Shown here in pieces: positions 52,733 to 64,000 of a stretch of DNA of 64,000 nt. Origin of the DNA: Octopus sinensis (Eukaryota); the NCBI RefSeq assembly GCF_006345805.1, contig NC_043006.1, forward strand, positions 34,720,001 to 34,784,000, given 5' to 3'. The position numbers and the translations under genes were made by a program. Positions within the stretch are counted from its first letter, which is position 1. Each line of letters begins with the position of its first letter. The notes beneath the pieces are model-generated. The model searched no databases and was not told the DNA's origin. It worked only from the letters and a program-made list of their open reading frames with translations.

Positions 52733-53132
52733 CTAGCAGTATCGCCCGGCGTTGCTCGGGTTTGTAAGGGAAATAACTATATAAGCATTTTTAGAGAGTT
52801 ATAGCCAAAAAATAGCAAAATAATGCATTAAAAATGGAAAAAAAAATTAAGGTAAATTTTTTTTTTAAATCGTTGACATATCGTAGATATTTTTAGAGAG
52901 TTACTTCCCTTATATAATAGCGAAAAAAATGCATTAAAATGGAAAAATATGATGGTAAATTTTTTTTAAATCGTAGACTCATCGTAGACGCGCGCTAATA
53001 CCCAGAAGGGCTCGATATGACTCACGACTTTAAGATACCCGCTTTTGGTTAAACTGCACCGCAAAATGTGGGAGTAGTTACGAATCTAAATCGTAGGAGA
53101 CAGACACACAACTTCACTTTTATATATAAAGA
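52733..53132 (-). mobile_element. 400-bp non-autonomous Helitron (family HA, copy 1)
   Basis: A|TCTTTATATATAAAAGTGAAG...CCCGAGCAACGCCGGG...CTAG|T. Confidence 0.88.
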
Positions 53133-53559
53133 TATAAGCCACGTAGTTATATACACATACTTTGTTACATACACATTCTTAAAAGAAAATGTTATTTTGA
53201 ACACAACATTTATAAAGAATAAAATATTTTTTGGTTTTTCTTAACCCTTTCGTTACTATATTTCTGACCAAAATATACCCCTTATGTGTTTCAATTAATT
53301 TCTAACGTAATCATAAATTTAGTCTGGTTTCATTAAACAACTATAACTTTTTTATTTATCAATATATTAACATGAATTTTGGATGATAATTTAATGAAAT
53401 GTTCTCAACCAATTATATACTATAATTTTTGTCACAAAGTGACTCCAATTGGAGGTATATACAGGTAAATTCAACAATATATAAAATTATTAAAATTTTG
53501 TTCAAACATCACTATAGAAAATGGGTTATTAGCTAATATTCAATTGGGTATACAACAAA

Positions 53560-53900
53560 ATTTTACGATAGAATTTGTTATTCTGGGTAACTTTCTGATA
53601 CCCATAATAATATTTATGGCAAAATAGGCCTTAATTTCATTTAAGGTTGTGGGAAATAACAAACTATCCTTTCTTTCGCTTTGTTTACGTTTAGCGTAAC
53701 AGTTCGTTTCCGCCGTAATGATTTCAAATGGGCTCATTCGAAAAAGTAAAAAGAAATAGTCTAAGGCTTTACTCTTCTGGGAAAGTCTGTGGCTTGGTCC
53801 AGTTTCTTCAGAAAAATCACCGAAAGAAACAGTTTTTAAATTTTCACTCCATTCAGGTGCCAATTCATTTTCTTTATCGCTGTCAGAGCTCTCGGATTCA
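53560..53900 (-). pseudogene. piggyBac (PGBD-like) transposase N-terminal fragment
   Basis: Acidic SESESSDSDKENE then GP..L...DYFFLLF...IITAETNCYA...PTTLNEIKAYFAINIIMGIRKLP. Confidence 0.85.
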
Positions 53901-53984
53901 CTGTTTTCACTTTAATCGTTGCACACTTGCAAAGAGACTGGAGTGATATTAGAGTGATAGCGTGAGTGAAGCAGATCGCTCCCT

Positions 53985-54236
53985 TTGTGTGTGTGTGTGT
54001 GTGTGTGTGCCTGTGTTGTAGCCCACACTAAGAAAAGCACTTGACTAACACACCAGAATGTGAGTTTTCTCTAAATTTTGCTTCATTGGGGTTGAAATTT
54101 TAAAAACTGGACCTAGCACGACCCGATTTATTCTACTCTTAAAAATGCTAGGTAAATTGTAATTGAAGAAATCCTATATTGTAGATTTCTATAAGAGACA
54201 AAGGGAGGCAGATAAAATCTGCCTTTTATAATAATA
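53985..54236 (-). mobile_element. Helitron-like family HB 5' segment
   Basis: Similar to 55165-55411; begins T(A)TTATTATAAAAGGCAGATTTTATCTGCC. Confidence 0.6.
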
Positions 54237-54631
54237 CTAGCAGTATCGCCCGGCGTTGCTCGGGTTGTAAGGGAAATAACTATATAAGCATTTTTAGAGA
54301 GTTATAGCCAAATAATAGCAAAATAATGCATTAAAAATTGAAAAAAAATTAAGGTAAATTTTTTTTTAAATCGTTGACACATCGTAGATATTTTTAGAGA
54401 GTTACTTCCCTTATATAAAAGCGAAAAAAATGCATTCAAATGGAAAAATATGATGGTAATTTTTTTTTAAATCGTAGACTCATCGTAGACGCGCGCTAAT
54501 ACCCAGAAGGGCTCGATATGAATCACGACTATAAGATACCCGCTTTTGGTTAAACTGCACGGCAAAATGTGGGAGTAGTTACGAATCTAAATCGAAGGGG
54601 ACAGACACACAACTTCACTCTTATATAAAGA
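54237..54631 (-). mobile_element. Helitron family HA, copy 2
   Basis: Highly similar to 52733-53132 with the same TC and hairpin-CTAG ends. Confidence 0.88.
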
Positions 54632-55164
54632 TGCTTATTTTTTTACAGTCATAGAGTTAGATTTATGAAGGTCTTCAGTAGAAAATCCTTCGAATTCTGA
54701 CTCGCTGCTTGATATAATGAAATTCGTATCCATTTTTTGTCAGAATTACAAATTTTGAAAACACAATAGGAACAAATTTCGGAAAAAAATCTCCCATAAT
54801 TCACGGAATTAAAATTACACTTCGATTTTTGTACAAAACTGTATTTGAAGTGTTTACGAAGTATAATACGTGTTTGCACGAATGTACTAAAGAGATTTAC
54901 TCTGATATTCTCATTTAAATATGAATAGGTAAATTCGGGCGGTTTGGTAACGAAAGGGTTTATATAAGTGTCGTCTGTTTATACATAAACACTGTTTCAT
55001 ACTTTCAGTTTAGTCTTGCTCAAATCACTCTGTCGCTAATTTACTCTCTTCCAAGAACATTTTCACTCACTGTTATCTGTTAGCTTCCCATACATTTTAC
55101 TCATGTATCTATCAGCGTGATATACAGAAACAAATATTACATTTACTTTCATTTTATTCGTTGC

Positions 55165-55408
55165 CCACTGTGTGTGTGCGTTTGCGTGTGGTGTAAACCA
55201 GACTAAGAAAAGCATTTGACACACACACCAGAATGTGAGTTTTCTGTAAATTTTGCTTAATTGGAGTTTAAATTTTAAAAACTGGACCTGGCATGACGCG
55301 ATGCATTGTACTCTCAAAAATGCTAGGTAAATTGTAATTGAAGAAATCCTATATTGTAGATTTGTATAACTCCCAAAGGGAGGCAGATAAAATCTGCCTT
55401 TTATAATA

Positions 55409-55411
<3 letters not shown>
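55165..55411 (-). mobile_element. Helitron-like family HB 5' segment
   Basis: A|TCTTATTATAAAAGGCAG start next to (TA)n; no own CTAG end found. Confidence 0.6.
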
Positions 55412-55492
<81 letters not shown>

Positions 55493-55693
55493 AGAATGAG
55501 AGAGAGAGGAGACTCATATACCAATACGCAAACACACACACATATACACACACACACAAACAAACACTTCTATGTTTGTATGTGTGCGTGAATGTATGTA
55601 TGTATGTATGTATGTATGTATGTATGGATGGATGGATGGATGGATGGATGGATGAGTGGATGGATGTATATATGTATGTATGGATGGATATGT

Positions 55694-56165
55694 ATGTCCT
55701 TTTTCAGTTTTATTTCAAGGTTCCTTGCCAAAAGAGAAAGAGCCGGTTTCTAACCTAGATCCAAGGCTCCTTTATTGGAATTTCAACATCAATAACAGGG
55801 TATTTATTTTATGTATGTACGGATGTATGTATGTGCAGATTTGTATGTTTTATGTATGCATTCTCATGTATATAGTCGCATATCTAGACATTCTCGTGTA
55901 TATTTAAATGATAAACTTCTGGAAAGTTTTACAGATTTTTACATTTCCGGTGATAGACTGGATATGAAGTCTTCGAATTAGCTTTCCGTTTTCTGGTTTT
56001 GAGAAGACTAATTTCTCAAGATTGGTATTCAGGCAATGTTGCATATCCCAGTGCCCCAATAATTACAGGTATAAACCTGAACTTGTGATCTGGAGAGAGT
56101 AACTGCAGATTTCTCAATAGTTCAGCGTAGGCGTTCTCTTTTTCTACAATTGGGCACAGTTTCTC
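55694..56165 (-). mobile_element. REL-type LINE 3' end in (TACA)n
   Basis: EKENAYAELLRNLQLL..DHKFRFIPVIIGALGY; 3' end shared with 15152-15265. Confidence 0.7.
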
Positions 56166-56232
56166 TTCTCTATCCTAAATTATTACACAGGTCTATTGTG
56201 TTTACTCTCTTTCTTTCCCTCTCTTTACGTAG

Positions 56233-56302
<70 letters not shown>

Positions 56303-56583
56303 TACACACACACGCACAATTATATATGCTACGGAATATTTGCAGTTCTGAGTAGGAACAAGGAACTACCCAATAAGCGAAGAGTACAAGTACCAGTATC
56401 TATTTAAGCTTGAGTACTATGTAATTGGATTGTTGTTGATAGCCAGCATGTATACAACTTTATGAGATAATTCGGTATCCACCAGGATAGTTCATCGCTT
56501 TTATACATACATACATACATACATACATACATACATACATACATACATACATACATACATACATACACACACACATATATATA

Positions 56584-56647
<64 letters not shown>

Positions 56648-56950
56648 AGAAGAAAATGGTGGAGATACAGAAATAGCATGCATCAACTGTTAGACATTAT
56701 ATTATGTCTATTTATTTTAAACAATTATGAGAATATAAATACATATGTAAAGTACTAGCAATTTCTTGAATAGAGAAAGAACAGTTTCTTGGAGCTGTTT
56801 CTCCCGAAAGGTCATAATATTTCCATCTTTTCAGTGTACTGTAGTAATCGGTAGATAAATTTGAGAGTTTAAAAGAGGGTCTAAAAAGTTCAGAGAGCTA
56901 ATGAATGTATATATAAATATACATATACACACTCACATATATACACACAC

Positions 56951-57018
<68 letters not shown>

Positions 57019-57045
57019 ACTTGTACAGACATACACATACATATT

Positions 57046-57389
57046 GAGAGACCCCTTTCGGTCACGACACTGACCATGAGCTTGCACCTAGAAAGTAACC
57101 CTTTGAGGCACAAGTCTGGGCAAGGTTGTTTTATTGAAGACCAGTAGTCGCCCATGCATACCAGCCTCCCCTCTCCCCATCCGACTAGCGTTATCCAAAG
57201 GGAAAGGCAAAGGGGGCGATACAACTTGGCACCAGTGATGTAATAACTCATATCTACAGCTGAGTTAACTGGAGCAATGTGAAATAAAGCGTCTTGCTCA
57301 AGAACACAACATGCAGCCCGGTCCGGGATTCGAGTACACAACCTCACGATCGTAAGCTCGACGCTCTAACCACTGAGCCACGCGCCTCC
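57046..57389 (-). mobile_element. SINE family D (tRNA head, CORE-like middle)
   Basis: GGAGGCGCGTGGCTCAGTGGTTAGAGC head; TTGAGCAAGACGCTTTATTTCAC..CTCAGCTG middle; degenerate relatives near 61570-61680 and 62330-62470. Confidence 0.8.
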
Positions 57390-57394
57390 ATTAC

Positions 57395-57483
<89 letters not shown>

Positions 57484-57999
57484 CGAGGGAGAGATAGACC
57501 ACGAGAGAAATGGGGAAGTTGGAAACTAATTGAAAATAATTCAAGACATATAAATATAAAAAAATATTCTTTGAAGTATTTGTATGTATATAAAACATAA
57601 AAGTATGAACTCCGCTTTTCTACCTGAAGGGATATAGAAGATGTTGGAACTAAACAAGTTTCTGCAGAACAATAAATCAGAATAGTTTAAAAGACCATGT
57701 GTAAAGAACAAACTTTAATGACTATGGATTCAAATATATGCTCGATGTTTGGAGATCAGCCATAACAAAATGTACCGAAAAATTCTGCAGATTTAGGTGT
57801 GTTTCGGGCTAAAAATTACAAAATTGCTATTTTCTGCCCTGCCAAGCTTTGCAATTTGTTCCCCACACTTTCTTTTTGTTTTTCTCTTCGCCTCTACTTT
57901 TCCCGCTTCTTTTTTCTCTTTCTGCTATTCCCTATTATTTATTTTATTTTTTCATCTCATCGCCATTTCGAAATATATAGGTGTGTACGAGCGTGTGTA

Positions 58000-58132
58000 T
58001 GTATCATATATAGATACATATGTATGTATCATATATATATATACATATATATATGTGTGTATGTGTGTGTGTGTGTGTGTATGCATATATATATATAGGT
58101 AGATAGAAAGATAGATAGATATTGATATTTAG

Positions 58133-58211
<79 letters not shown>

Positions 58212-58412
58212 TATACATATGTATATATACATACATATATATATATGTGTGTGTATATACATATATATATATATATACATGCATATATATGTGTGTATAT
58301 ACATATATATATATTTGTGTACATGCGTACAGACATACATAAATATCTATACATATATGCGTATATATATACATAAATATATGCCTATTTCTATACATAT
58401 GTTGGTGTATAG

Positions 58413-58445
<33 letters not shown>

Positions 58446-58502
58446 GACACATGCATATATATATATGTATATATATATGTATTTATATATATATATATAT
58501 AT

Positions 58503-58536
<34 letters not shown>

Positions 58537-59015
58537 ATTATATATATATATACATATATATATATACATATATATATATAAACACATAGATATACGCCCC
58601 TCTCTTTCTCCTTTCCAATAATTCCTTTCATCTCCTTCCCACCTCTCCTTCTTTTCGATTCTCTGACACAAATAATACAATATCAACATTACTTTATTGA
58701 TATTATAAAATCAAACTATTTCATTGTATTCCGCTTCTGCAATTCAATCTGAGTTGGCCTTTAGCCTCGTTTCAGGCCTTCCACTACACATTTTAAACTA
58801 GGAGATTAAAACTGATAATATTTGAATCAGGTTAATAAGTTTAATGTTTACTTTGAAGTGGTGACGTCCGTTGTATGTGTAAGTGCTTATGTGTGTATAT
58901 AATATATGTGTGTGTGCGTATATAGATATATATATATACAATATATAAATGTCTATATATATACAATATATAAATTAGCATACATATATATATATATACA
59001 TACAATATATATATA

Positions 59016-59054
<39 letters not shown>

Positions 59055-59245
59055 CAATATATATATATAATATATATAAATCATGTGCGTATGTGTGCAT
59101 ACAATGTATATATGCACAATATATAAATGTATATATATATATACATATACATATATATAAGAACATACATATTTGTACATAAGTCTATATACATACACAT
59201 GTATGTATATCTGCATAAATATAAGTATTGATGCGCAATTGTACC

Positions 59246-59278
<33 letters not shown>

Positions 59279-59291
59279 ATACATATATATG

Positions 59292-59347
<56 letters not shown>

Positions 59348-59350
59348 CAT

Positions 59351-59421
<71 letters not shown>

Positions 59422-59422
59422 G

Positions 59423-59496
<74 letters not shown>

Positions 59497-59501
59497 AAGC
59501 A

Positions 59502-59577
<76 letters not shown>

Positions 59578-59580
59578 GCA
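58000..59580. repeat. Large (TA)n-dominated microsatellite field
   Basis: Direct reading, with a short unique island at 58590-58900. Confidence 0.9.
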
Positions 59581-59994
59581 TATATGAACAGAGAGGGAGA
59601 GAGAGCTAGACAGCCAAGTATTCAAAGGGACGGGGAGGTTGGAAGGAAAGCAAAAACAGAGACGAACATGGAATATGATTTTTGTGTTTACATTCCAATA
59701 TCTATACATCAATAATTTATTCGTTATTGTAATAACGGTTTCTTTATTTAATGAATTCACTTTTAATTTATTCCAAGTTCTTACGACTAAAATCAATGTC
59801 CTGAGCTGCCACACACTTCCCTTGCCTTCGTGGAATGTGAGTGGAACAAGAGGTGTTATACGGTGGCATTTGAGCGAAATTGTGTGAAGAAGGTTAAACC
59901 GAGGTAAAGAGAGAATATCCGGTTGAGTTTGGCAATATATAATTATTTAGGAACTGATGCGGGTATCTGGTCCGTATGGTTCGCAAAGGTTTAT

Positions 59995-60207
59995 AGGGCG
60001 GGTGTGGCTTTGTGGTAGCAAGCTTGTTTCCCAACCACATGGCTCTGGGTTCGGTCCCACTGCATGGCACCTTGGGCAAGTGTCTTCTACTTTACTATAA
60101 CCTTGGGTCGACCAAAGCCTTGTGTGTGGATTTGCTAGACGGAAACTGAAAGAAGCTCCTCCTATACACATATGCTCCAGTGTGTGTGTGTGCGTGTGCG
60201 TGTGTGC

Positions 60208-60277
<70 letters not shown>

Positions 60278-60470
60278 TCACCGGCTTATTGGTGTGTTTA
60301 CATCCTGTAATCTAACGGCTCAGCAAAAGCGACCGATAGATTATTTACCAGGCTTTAGAAAAGTACTAAGCACTGGTGTCGAATCCATTCGACAAAAACG
60401 TCTTCGCGGGTTACCCCAGCAAGGCCGCAGTTTGATCACTGAAGCATGTCAAAGAAACGATAAAAGTCAG
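59995..60470 (+). mobile_element. SINE family B
   Basis: GTGGCTTTGTGGTAG...GGTTCGGTCCC...CCTTGGGCAAGTGTCTTC; internal (TG)n; tail. Confidence 0.8.
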
Positions 60471-60527
60471 TACATTTAGTGCGAATATCAGATTATCCAA
60501 TGAGTTGATCTAATGAGGGAATTTCAT

Positions 60528-60698
60528 GCGGATATCTAACACGGGCGGATATCTAATGCACGTATCTAGTGTTAGTGTCACGTGACGGGATGGTGGCAAA
60601 GCAGAGGATTTGCGGATATCTAACACGGGTGGATATCTAATGCACGTATCTAGTGTTAGTATCACACGACGGGATGGTGGCAAAGCAGAGGATTTGCG
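60528..60698. repeat. Two tandem 84-bp units
   Basis: GCGGATATCTAACACGGG starts at 60528 and 60612. Confidence 0.9.
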
Positions 60699-60889
60699 AA
60701 TTTCGTGGATGGAAGCCTTGAAAATAAGTATTATAGTGTTTTTACGTTCACTACAAACTGAAGCAGAAATGGAGATGTGCGGCATTTGATGACGAACAGA
60801 CACTGAACAAATTGAAATGTATTTTATAAAAGGGGTGATTTTTACCCAGGTGCCCCTGGTTAGATTCCGATATAGGAATCCTTTATTTA

Positions 60890-61210
60890 GGCGGAGGCAA
60901 GGTCGCGTGGTTAAGGAGCTCGTTTTGTAACGATGTAGTTTCGTGTTCAGCCCTACTACAGGGCACTTTGAGTAAATGTCTTCTATAATAGCCTCGAATC
61001 AACTAATGCCTCTTGAGTGTATTTTGCAGGAGGAAACTGTGTAGAAGCCCTTCGAAACAAATCTGTGTGTGTGGGTGTGTTTGTGTTTGTTCTCCATCCA
61101 CCGCTCGACAAACTGTGCGGATCTATTTATATTCCCGTAACTTAATAGGTTCGGTACCGAGACCTATAGAGTCTAACACCTTCAGGGCGTTGCCCCAGCA
61201 TGACCGCACA
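60890..61210 (+). mobile_element. SINE family B, old copy
   Basis: Degenerate head, ATGTCTTCTATAATAGCCTCG, CCCCAGCATGACCGCA tail. Confidence 0.6.
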
Positions 61211-63103
61211 CCAATGTCGATCATATGATGGTGCAAAAGCTAACCAAGTCTGAGTCAATAGGGGACAATCTACGTAGTTAAATGATATGCCAAAAGTGGT
61301 AGCTAAATTTCCCTCAAATCACACCCTATTACCTTAAAGAAGAGAGAGATACATTGTTGAACAATGTTCAGTCAGTCGTCACTACTGCGTGTGTATACCG
61401 TAGTAATATGTGCCATGTTTCGCTAATTGATTTAGTTCCTTATGCAGTCGAGATCAGAGGCAAATATCCTCTTGGAATCCTCACCCTTGGTCCAGCGAAA
61501 CATTCAAGATGTGATTACCGAAAGGAGAGAGGATTTCACCAGAACTCGACTGATACCGGTACAGTTTAGTATACTGGAGCAACGCAAAAAGAAAGTGTCT
61601 TGCTGGACACAAGGCACCGCTTGCTCCAAGAATTGAATCCAAGATCTCGTGATTTTGAAGAGAACCCTACTAACAAGGTCACACCCCTTCAAACTGAAAA
61701 ATGCAATCAGTAAAAATATATATAAAATCATGATGGTTGAAAAGCCTTGCATCGTAGGTCGGATCACCCTGGATTTACCTTTGATTAATCAATAATATGA
61801 ATGAGAAAAGTTGGATCAGTTATTTCGAAATGTTTGAAGTTACTTTTTATCTAATTTCATTTCTTTATTTTTGAAGTAAAACGAGAACGGCGAGAGAAGA
61901 GAAGCGCATTAGAATCGGACCAAATATCTTGCAGCATGCTGTTATATTCTTTTTATGATCTTATTCCACATTTCAATGGTATTAACTTACTTTTTTATTT
62001 TAACGAAATCGATGAAATAGGTACAAGCTGTTATTTGTGCTTTTTAGACCTAGATTAGTCCTGATCCAGCATACCTACAATCAAATAATTCTATTCTAGC
62101 CATGACAATCCATTCTTACTCTCAGAGAATCTATCCGTGTCTCTATTATCCAAAGTATTCTTCCTTTTTTAAAAGACGGGCTTGGTCTAGAGTAGAGATA
62201 GTAAGTAAGTAGTCTTGAGTTCTTGGACTCATAGAGCTAGTCACCTAGTTTCCATGGCATGTAAATGGCTAAGATAACAGCACCCCCCTGAACGAGTCGC
62301 CAGTCTATCTTAAGAGTAACTTCCCAGTTATTGCAGGGATTCACAGCTGAGTTAACTGGAGCAACATGGTGAAATGAAGTGTTTTACTCAAGAACGCAAC
62401 GAACCACCCAGTTCTGAAATCGAAATCACGATTGCAAGAACTCCATCCTATGTAGCAGGCCACGCATGATCACATGTAGACGAGACTCGAATTATATATT
62501 ATACCAGATAAGTTACGTTTTTTTTTCTTTCGTTCTTCTTTGTTTTGGTAAATGTTTCTTTCTGCTAATCATAGAAAAAAATCGCAAATGGTTTTAAGCG
62601 ATATACGATTGAGACGTCTGTTAATGAAACAAAAACACTTGTAACAGCTGTTACGAAACACAAATAAGAGTTTACATTAAAAGACATAACATTTCATTAC
62701 TCTACTTCAATATGAAAGAAGGCTAATTCTCTCTCATCATTTGTTGGTTATTTGATGATGAAAGAAGGCAAACTACTAGAAAATGGAAAATTAATTTATA
62801 TTATTCTGTTAGATATTCTTGAAGAGAATTATTCAAGAGAGGAACATTAGCAAATGTCTGTTGGCAGATAAGAACTTAGAATTTTAAGCCAAGAAACAAA
62901 CTTTTCTCCTTTTGGACACTTGAAAATATTAATTCCATTTTAATTAAAGATATTTCCTGTGTCTGATTTTTTTATGAGCTCCTTCAAGATATATATATAT
63001 ATATATGTGAGTGTGTGTGTATGTATGTATGCATGTATGTATATACATATTGTGTATATATATGGATATATATATGTGTCTGTGTTTGTGTATATATATA
63101 TAT

Positions 63104-63159
<56 letters not shown>

Positions 63160-63330
63160 GAGTGTTACGGAATGGAATGGGTAAGATCCGGCTACATATG
63201 TTTCATGGCGGGCGGAACCTCAGAAGTGGTAAAAATCCAATCGAGGTATCAAGTGTCTTGTATTATAGCCCCGGGCCGACCAATGGCTTGTGAGTGAATT
63301 CAATAGACGGAATCTGCGAGAAATGTGTTA

Positions 63331-63390
<60 letters not shown>

Positions 63391-63867
63391 GTGTGTGTGT
63401 GTGTTGCGTGCGCGCGTGTGCGTGAGTGTGTGTGTGCGTGTGCGCGCGCGTGTGTGTAGGTGTGTATGGGTGTGTGTGTGTGCATGGGGTTGATGTAATC
63501 GACTTACCGACCCTTCGATATTTCTGGCCTTTTTGCCAAAATTTGAAGCCGATTAATTAATTGTCTGTAGATTAATTTGTTATTCGTCGCATATCTGTAG
63601 CCTCTTAAGGATTTGACTGTAGAATGGTAAACGAAGTCATTGAGTAAGACACAGATGTTTAATGAAGGAATTTTCGGAAACGAAATGAAGTCATTAGATT
63701 AGTCAACAGTAACAATAAAGTGGTTAACTATTATAACCTGTATCTGAGTCGTTTATTATGTGTGTGCGAGAGCGACTTAATACGACTCAAAAGAAGCAAC
63801 AAGTGGAATCGTGGCTCAGTTAGACACAGCTGAAGAGGTCTATTTGGTTAGGATCAGTTATTTCGAC

Positions 63868-64000
63868 CAGTGGTTCTCAACCATTTTTTGCCTCTGGACC
63901 CCTTTAATTCCTGTTTTACTCAGATGTTTCAAATCTCTTATTATAGTTTTATGATTAAACATTATTTGTAATTTTATAAAGAGATGCTTAAATATTTTAT
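63868..64000. mobile_element. Left end of a hAT (Charlie/MER5-type) MITE
   Basis: CAGTGGTTCTCAACC terminus; other end outside the window. Confidence 0.5.

Larger units (their letters stand above)
53245..54958 (-). mobile_element. piggyBac-type element, deleted, with nested Helitron sequence
   Basis: 12-bp TIR CCCTTTCGTTAC at 53245 and 54947-54958; flanks TTAA / TTTA. Confidence 0.82.

Noticed and set aside
60528-60698. CRISPR-like array
   Set aside because: Only two contiguous units, no spacers, eukaryotic context

Overview
Eukaryotic, AT-rich, repeat-saturated DNA with one 100-N scaffold gap (11906-12005). The SINE families and extreme microsatellite load resemble an octopus/coleoid genome (inference from recall, not a search). 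No intact host gene is recognisable; at most two weak candidate exons. Almost all listed ORFs are microsatellite translations. Recognisable content: several tRNA-headed SINE families; LINE remnants (CR1, RTE, Tx1/L1-like, R4/Dong-like, a second REL-type, a Penelope GIY-YIG); DNA transposons (mariner DD34D, maT DD37D, piggyBac, pogo- and hAT-type MITEs); non-autonomous Helitrons. The main signal is a set of type I hammerhead ribozyme (HHR) motifs from at least six sequence families (11 motifs read by eye), mostly in outward-facing inverted pairs as in Penelope pLTRs/retrozymes. These include a young inverted-plus-tandem triplet with a 57-nt stem II extension and 470-nt spacing (28425-29619), a tRNA-head+(AAT)n+HHR element (17293-17598) and a 352-nt terminally redundant HHR unit (48698-49126). 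A fold-back at 25141/25142 has two arms that both carry plus-strand A-to-G changes, resembling a retro-inserted ADAR-hyperedited hairpin (assembly artefact not excluded). All structures and counts were read manually; nothing was folded or searched computationally.
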